A stretch of DNA of 64,000 nucleotides, from positions 32,627-96,626 of the forward strand of contig JBHHXT010000001.1 of the NCBI GenBank assembly GCA_046757165.1, in the 5' to 3' direction. The notes under the pieces are model-generated. The model was not told the origin of the DNA and made no database searches. It saw nothing but the letters and a program-made list of their open reading frames with translations. Source of the stretch: a bacterium (lineage in GTDB: Bacteria; Zhuqueibacterota; Zhuqueibacteria; Oceanimicrobiales; Oceanimicrobiaceae). Positions 59,119 to 64,000 of this stretch are shown here, in pieces. The position numbers and the translations under genes are program-made. The first letter of the stretch is position 1. Every line of letters starts with the position of its first letter.

Positions 59119-59868
59119 TTAATTGATCACTGTTAAGATTTCGGAGCCATCATCTGTCACAACAACGGTGTGCTCAAAATGCGCAGAAGGCAAGCCATCG
59201 GAAGTCACTACAGTCCAATCGTCGACGAGTGTGTTGACTTCATAGGTCCCCATGTTCACCATAGGCTCAATTGCCAAAACCATTCCTGGTTTCAAACGTG
59301 GACCGGTATTAGGCTTGCCATAATTCGGAATCTGCGGATCCTCATGTAGCTTTCTGCCAATCCCGTGTCCGACCAGGTCCCGCACAACCGAAAAATCTGC
59401 CTTCTCTACTTTTTGCTGAATGGCATGCGAGATATTGGAGAGCCTTGCACCCGCTTTGACCTGATGCACACCGTCGTGCAGGGACTCCCAGGTGACATCT
59501 AAGAGACGTCGCTTTTCCGAACCAATCTCCCCGACGGCATAGGTTCTCGCACTATCGCCAAAAAAGCCCTCGCATTCGACACCGATATCAATGCTGACAA
59601 TTTCCCCCTGCTTCAAAACCCGCCTCCCGGGAATGCCGTGAACGACTTCATCCTCAACCGAGATACAGCAACTGGCCGGGAAGCCGTTATATCCTTTGAA
59701 TGCCGGGCGCGCCCCTTTAGAGGCGATGAATCTGTCGATTTCCCGATCAATCTTCTGAGTCTCAACCCCCGGTTTGATCAAGTCTTCTACGATGTCCAGA
59801 GCCGCAATAACAATTTGACAGCTATGCCTGATGAGGTCAATCTCTCGTTTGCTGCGAATGTGAATCAA
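59119..59868 (-). CDS. map: Type I methionine aminopeptidase
   Basis: Metal ligand contexts VHGIP, DIGV....GDSA.T, GHGIG and E.T. Confidence 0.95.
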   Translation of the reverse strand: MIHIRSKREIDLIRHSCQIVIAALDIVEDLIKPGVETQKIDREIDRFIASKGARPAFKGYNGFPASCCISVEDEVVHGIPGRRVLKQGEIVSIDIGVECEGFFGDSARTYAVGEIGSEKRRLLDVTWESLHDGVHQVKAGARLSNISHAIQQKVEKADFSVVRDLVGHGIGRKLHEDPQIPNYGKPNTGPRLKPGMVLAIEPMVNMGTYEVNTLVDDWTVVTSDGLPSAHFEHTVVVTDDGSEILTVIN

Positions 59869-59869
59869 T

Positions 59870-61207
59870 TTAGAATCTACGCCTGCCTTTGATCCTGCCA
59901 GTATTTTTCATAAAGCCGTCATAGTGACGCATGAGCAAGTGTGACTCCAGTTGCTGCAGCGTGTCCAACGCGACGCCAACAATAATCAAAAGTGATGTTC
60001 CGCCATAGAAGGAGGCAAAGTTGAAGGAAACGTTCACAAACTTTGTGATAATGTATGGCATGATGGCAACGAACGCCAGACAAATTGAGCCCGGAAGCGT
60101 GATTCGTGTCAAAATGTTGTCGATAAACTCAGCGGTCTTCTTCCCCGGTCTCACGCCCGGGATAAAGCCGCCGTACTTCTTCATATTGTCCGCCACATCA
60201 ACGGGGTTGAATGCGATCGCAGTATAGAAGTAGGTGAAAAACACGATCAGCACGCCATAGACCGTCCAGTAGACCATCGATTCAAAATCAAAATATCGCG
60301 CAAGCGTGTTCATGAAGTCGCTATTCGGAAAAAAAGTCAGGACCGTCTGCGGAACAAACATGATGGACTGCGCGAAAATGATCGGCATGACGCCGGCGGT
60401 ATTCACCCGCAACGGGATGTGGGTACTCTGGCCGCCATAAATCTTTCGGCCCACGACCCGCTTGGCATATTGAACAGGAATCTTGCGTGTCCCCTGTGTC
60501 AAGGCCACCACTCCCGCAATCGTCAGCAGCATGACAGCCAACAAGAACACCTCGGTCAGAAGAGCTCGGTTGCCACCGGCGATCTGCTGATACTCATCCA
60601 ACATCGCGTTCGGAAAAGTGGCGACAATTCCAATAAAAATAATCAAGGAAATACCATTGCCAATGCCACGCTCCGTAATTTGCTCGCCCAGCCACATGAT
60701 CAGAATTGTTCCTGCTGCCAGGGTAATCATGGCGAGCAGCGTGAATCCCAAACCGGGGTTCGGGACGACCGCGAGACCAGAATTAGTCCGAATACTCTCC
60801 AGGAAGATGCTCACACCATAGGCCTGCATACCAGAAATAAAGACGGTGCCATAGCGGGTATATTGCGTGATCTTCTTACGACCTTCCTCACCTTCCTTCT
60901 GCAGTTTTTGAAAATATGGCACCACCGCACCCAAAAGCTGGATGATAATCGAGGCCGAAATATAAGGCATAATGCCCAGCGCAAATACCGTGGCCCTGCT
61001 GAAGGCACCGCCGGCGAACAGGTCGTACAGGCTCAAAAGTCCACGACCCTGGCTTGCCTCACTGAAGAAGGCCATCAAGGCTTCGCTATTGATGCCCGGA
61101 ATCGGAACGTGACCCCCGATGCGGTAAACCACAAGGATCAGCATGGTAAAAATGATCCGCTGCTTGAGCTCCGGAATTTTGAACAGACTCTGAAAGCCTT
61201 GTATCAT
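59870..61207 (-). CDS. secY: Preprotein translocase subunit SecY
   Basis: 445 aa, 10 TM helices, LFAGGAFSRATVFALGIMPYISASII. Confidence 0.97.
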   Translation of the reverse strand: MIQGFQSLFKIPELKQRIIFTMLILVVYRIGGHVPIPGINSEALMAFFSEASQGRGLLSLYDLFAGGAFSRATVFALGIMPYISASIIIQLLGAVVPYFQKLQKEGEEGRKKITQYTRYGTVFISGMQAYGVSIFLESIRTNSGLAVVPNPGLGFTLLAMITLAAGTILIMWLGEQITERGIGNGISLIIFIGIVATFPNAMLDEYQQIAGGNRALLTEVFLLAVMLLTIAGVVALTQGTRKIPVQYAKRVVGRKIYGGQSTHIPLRVNTAGVMPIIFAQSIMFVPQTVLTFFPNSDFMNTLARYFDFESMVYWTVYGVLIVFFTYFYTAIAFNPVDVADNMKKYGGFIPGVRPGKKTAEFIDNILTRITLPGSICLAFVAIMPYIITKFVNVSFNFASFYGGTSLLIIVGVALDTLQQLESHLLMRHYDGFMKNTGRIKGRRRF

Positions 61208-61644
61208 AACACCGTTACCTTCCCGCCGACTTTTTCAATTTTCTCTTTTGCCGATGAGCTAAAGGCATGTGCCGATATCTCCACCGCGTTGGTGATGGCG
61301 CCGTCACCCAGAATCTTGACCGGCACATCTTTCTTGTTGATCAGCCCACTTTCAAACAAGACTTCCGGGGTGACCTCCTTCTTGCCTTTCAATCGGTCGA
61401 GATCCCTGACATTCAATATCTGAAATTCCTTCTTGAAAATGTTGGTAAATCCACGCTTCGGAACCCGGCGCTGCAACGGCATCTGCCCGCCTTCAAACCA
61501 GGGCCGCCGCGTTGAGCCAGAGCGCGACCGTTGTCCTTTGTGGCCTCTGCACGACGTGCCACCATGCCCCGACCCCTGGCCACGCCCGACCCTCTTTCTT
61601 TTGCGGACCGAGCCCGGCGCGTACTTTAAGCTTCCCAGATCCAT
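61204..61644 (-). CDS. rplO: 50S ribosomal protein L15
   Basis: MDLGSLKYAPGS...RKRVGRGQGSGHGGTS. ATG 61642-61644 after an AAGGATG SD. The longer ORF-track start is unlikely. Confidence 0.94.
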   Translation of the reverse strand: MDLGSLKYAPGSVRKRKRVGRGQGSGHGGTSCRGHKGQRSRSGSTRRPWFEGGQMPLQRRVPKRGFTNIFKKEFQILNVRDLDRLKGKKEVTPEVLFESGLINKKDVPVKILGDGAITNAVEISAHAFSSSAKEKIEKVGGKVTVL

Positions 61645-61657
61645 ATCGCAATCATCC

Positions 61658-61849
61658 TTATCTAACCTCTTGCAGCTCAACCAGGTGAGCAACCTTGTTT
61701 ATCATCCCTCTGATCTGAAGGGTGTCGTTGTGAACGACAGAATGACGTATTCGTCTCAACCCCAACGCCCTCATTGTTCGTTTCTGCCGCTCACTCCGCC
61801 CTATCACGCTTCGCACTTGCGTGATCTTGATTTTTTTCTTGCCTGCCAT
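61658..61849 (-). CDS. rpmD: 50S ribosomal protein L30
   Basis: [35 protein letters not shown] 61847-61849. Confidence 0.93.
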   Translation of the reverse strand: MAGKKKIKITQVRSVIGRSERQKRTMRALGLRRIRHSVVHNDTLQIRGMINKVAHLVELQEVR

Positions 61850-61854
61850 TGGAT

Positions 61855-62379
61855 TCAAACAGTAATGGTTTTATTAAACACCTCAGAGACGGACAGGCCA
61901 CGCTTGCGCGCCACGACGGCGACATCCATCAACTCTGACAACGCCTTCATGGTGGCTTTAACAACATTGTGTGGATTGGCCGACCCCATCGACTTGGTTA
62001 ATATATCCTGAATCCCTGCTGCTTCCACAATCGCCCGGACCGCGCCGCCAGCAATCACCCCCGTACCCGGCGAGGCAGGCTTCAAGAAGACCTTACCCGC
62101 TCCGAACTTGCCCTTGATCGAATGGGGGATCGTCCCGTGGATGATGGGGACGCGAATCAGATTCTTCTTGGCATTCTCAGATCCCTTGGCAATGGCGCTC
62201 GTCACTTCGTTCGCCTTGCCAAGCCCTGTGCCAACAAAGCCGTTCCCATCCCCGACAACGACGATGGCGTTGAAACTAAAGCGTCGGCCGCCTTTTACAA
62301 CCTTGGCAACGCGGTTGATATTGATGACGCGCTCCTTTAGATCCAACTCACTCGCATTAATTCTGACGACCTTCTTCAA
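61855..62379 (-). CDS. rpsE: 30S ribosomal protein S5
   Basis: [31 protein letters not shown]. Confidence 0.97.
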   Translation of the reverse strand: MKKVVRINASELDLKERVININRVAKVVKGGRRFSFNAIVVVGDGNGFVGTGLGKANEVTSAIAKGSENAKKNLIRVPIIHGTIPHSIKGKFGAGKVFLKPASPGTGVIAGGAVRAIVEAAGIQDILTKSMGSANPHNVVKATMKALSELMDVAVVARKRGLSVSEVFNKTITV

Positions 62380-62412
62380 TGATATCTCCAGGTTTGGTTG
62401 AGGTTATGGCGC

Positions 62413-62787
62413 TTAGAACTTCAGCCCGTTTTCACGTGCGCCTTCCGCAACAGCTCGTACCCTGCCATGATACAAATAGCCGCCCCGGTCAAAGACAACG
62501 GCTTTGACCTTGAGCGATTTTGCCTTGGCCGCGATGGCCCTGCCAACCAGTTTTGCCGCGTCCGTCTTCGAGCCTGCCTTTTTGGCATTATCGCTCACAT
62601 CCGGAGAAAGAGTCGAAACGCCCGCCAATGTCTTGTTGTTGACATCGTCGACCAGTTGCGCGTAGATATTTCTCGCACTCCGAAAAACTGTCAATCTGGG
62701 CCGCTCGCTTGTCCCGAAGATTTTCTTGCGAATTCGCCTTCTTCTTGTTCTACGCCTCAAGATACCTTCTGACACTTGCTTTGACAT
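62413..62787 (-). CDS. rplR: 50S ribosomal protein L18
   Basis: ..[18 protein letters not shown]....TLA..ST... FDRGGY.YHGRV.A.A.GARE.GL.F. Confidence 0.96.
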   Translation of the reverse strand: MSKQVSEGILRRRTRRRRIRKKIFGTSERPRLTVFRSARNIYAQLVDDVNNKTLAGVSTLSPDVSDNAKKAGSKTDAAKLVGRAIAAKAKSLKVKAVVFDRGGYLYHGRVRAVAEGARENGLKF

Positions 62788-62810
62788 ATTAGATAACCTG
62801 AACTTGATGT

Positions 62811-63347
62811 TTAAGCAGCAGTTTTGCCTGCTTTTCTTCTGATGTATTCACCCGCATACTTGATGCCCTTGCCCTTGTACGGTTCCGGAGGCCGGAATGA
62901 GCGAATCTTGGCTGCAACCTGTCCCACCAGCTCCTTATCAATGCCCGTGACAGACAGATTGGTTGCGCTCACGGCCTTGATCTCAATCCCATCAGGGGGA
63001 ACAAAAACAATCGAGTGAGAATAGCCTAGCTGCAAGTTTAGTCGATTGTTTTTCATCTCTCCCTTGTAGCCGACGCCAACAATTTCTAATTTCCTTTCAT
63101 AAGCCTGGGTTACGCCTTCTACCATATTGAAGACCAGGCTGCGATACAATCCGTGTAACGACTTGTGAAACTTACTATCACTCGACCGGGACACAAGAAT
63201 CTCGCCATCTTTGAGCTCGACCCGGAGCTCTGGATGCAGATCGCGGCTGAGCGTGCCTTTCGGTCCTTTGACTGACACCCTCCCCTTCTCTATCTTGACT
63301 TCAACTCCCTGAGGCACAGCGATGGGATTTTTTCCGACTCGCGACAC
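62811..63347 (-). CDS. rplF: 50S ribosomal protein L6
   Basis: [13 protein letters not shown]......V.VKGPKG.L. Confidence 0.97.
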   Translation of the reverse strand: MSRVGKNPIAVPQGVEVKIEKGRVSVKGPKGTLSRDLHPELRVELKDGEILVSRSSDSKFHKSLHGLYRSLVFNMVEGVTQAYERKLEIVGVGYKGEMKNNRLNLQLGYSHSIVFVPPDGIEIKAVSATNLSVTGIDKELVGQVAAKIRSFRPPEPYKGKGIKYAGEYIRRKAGKTAA

Positions 63348-63367
63348 TGAACTCTCCTGAATTTATC

Positions 63368-63760
63368 TCACCAAATGTAACAGACGACTTCACCGCCCAC
63401 GTTTAGCTTTCGGGCATCTCTGTCCGAGATCAGGCCCTTGGGACTTGAAAGAATGGAAATACCAAGATTATTGAACACGCGTGGAAGCTCTTTGCTCTTG
63501 ACATATTTCCTGAGTCCCGGGGTGCTGATTCTTTTCACCCCGTTGATCACACTTTCACCGTCGGAATCATATTTCAGATAGATTCTAATCATGCCGCTCT
63601 TCTTGTCATCGATCAACAAGTAGTCCTTGATGTAGCCATACTCTTTTAGTATTCTGGTGATACTCTTCTTGAAGTTCGAGGCCGGAATGTCAACCTTGCG
63701 GTGCCTCGCCTGAGCGGCATTTCTAATTCTGGTCAAGTAATCTGCAATAGGGTCTGTCAT
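63368..63760 (-). CDS. rpsH: 30S ribosomal protein S8
   Basis: MTDPIADYLTRIRNA. I chose the second ATG, at 63758-63760. Confidence 0.96.
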   Translation of the reverse strand: MTDPIADYLTRIRNAAQARHRKVDIPASNFKKSITRILKEYGYIKDYLLIDDKKSGMIRIYLKYDSDGESVINGVKRISTPGLRKYVKSKELPRVFNNLGISILSSPKGLISDRDARKLNVGGEVVCYIW

Positions 63761-63781
63761 GCACATGTTCGTAGCCTTATT

Positions 63782-63967
63782 TTACCAACTCGCTTTTGTT
63801 ATGCCGGGTATTTTCCCTTGAAGCGACAACTCTCTAAAACAAATCCTGCACAAGCCAAATTTGCGCAGATACGCCCTTGGCCGCCCACATCGTGAGCACC
63901 TGTTATAGCCCCGAACCCTGAACTTTGGCTCTCGCTTTTGCTTTGCAATCAAAGATTTCTTAGCCAA
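63782..63967 (-). CDS. rpsZ: 30S ribosomal protein S14, zinc-binding type Z (61 aa)
   Basis: (M)[42 protein letters not shown] start 63965-63967 after an AGAGGG SD. Confidence 0.95.
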   Translation of the reverse strand: MAKKSLIAKQKREPKFRVRGYNRCSRCGRPRAYLRKFGLCRICFRELSLQGKIPGITKASW

Positions 63968-64000
63968 CTCTGCCCTCTTAAGCTAATTAATTAGTTGAGA

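Noticed and set aside
59868-59870. Absence of adk between secY and map.
   Set aside because: secY-map adjacency without adk is common in many lineages and not noteworthy by itself.
63977-63994. CTTAAG followed by the palindrome CTAATTAATTAG, which gives stop codons in all six frames and resembles a synthetic or contig-joining linker.
   Set aside because: It sits exactly where the upstream gene (expected to be rplE) should stop, 15 nt before the rpsZ SD and start. An AT-rich natural stop region is sufficient explanation, and the window ends 6 nt later, so I cannot test further.

Overview
This is a 64-kb segment of a diderm bacterial chromosome coded almost entirely on the minus strand. I call 55 CDS, only one of them on the + strand. 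I saw no rRNA, tRNA, CRISPR array, transposase or integrase.

The right half (about 32-64 kb) is core housekeeping:
- the spc/alpha ribosomal-protein operons, in minus-strand order rpsZ-rpsH-rplF-rplR-rpsE-rpmD-rplO-secY-map-infA-rpmJ-rpsM-rpsK-rpsD-rpoA-rplQ
- hutU-hutI, glyA-nrdR, tatC and dcd
- a run of phosphohydrolases, then rng and rplU-rpmA
- gatC-pyrG, lptC-lptA-lptB-rpoN, hslVU and argF

The left half (1-32 kb) is envelope and accessory:
- a FemAB-like/GT4/GT9 glycosylation cluster, plus CBS and FAH-family genes
- secreted S8 and M61 peptidases, thiI, the single + strand alpha/beta hydrolase, and a cold-shock gene with a long leader
- a two-gene membrane operon: a GT-C-like membrane domain fused to a NodB deacetylase, followed by a membrane-anchored beta-lactamase-fold hydrolase. 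A good sigma54 -24/-12 match sits upstream of it.
- two tandem giant paralogous surface proteins. One is 2472 aa, with 13 cadherin-like repeats, 4 DNRLRE/CBM96-like modules and a T9SS-type C-terminal sorting domain. The other is more than 2030 aa and runs off the window edge.

The T9SS-type C-terminal domain and a PorV-like barrel suggest an FCB-superphylum-like organism. That is an inference.

The most interesting items are the giant-protein pair with an unassigned N-terminal head domain, its 798-bp super-repeat, a 77-81-nt structured intergenic element present twice, the sigma54-type promoter candidates, the GT-C/NodB fusion operon, and an unusual Cys-rich/TM/basic C-terminal signal on the S8 peptidase.

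All family assignments come from motifs I recognise in the translations. No database search was run.
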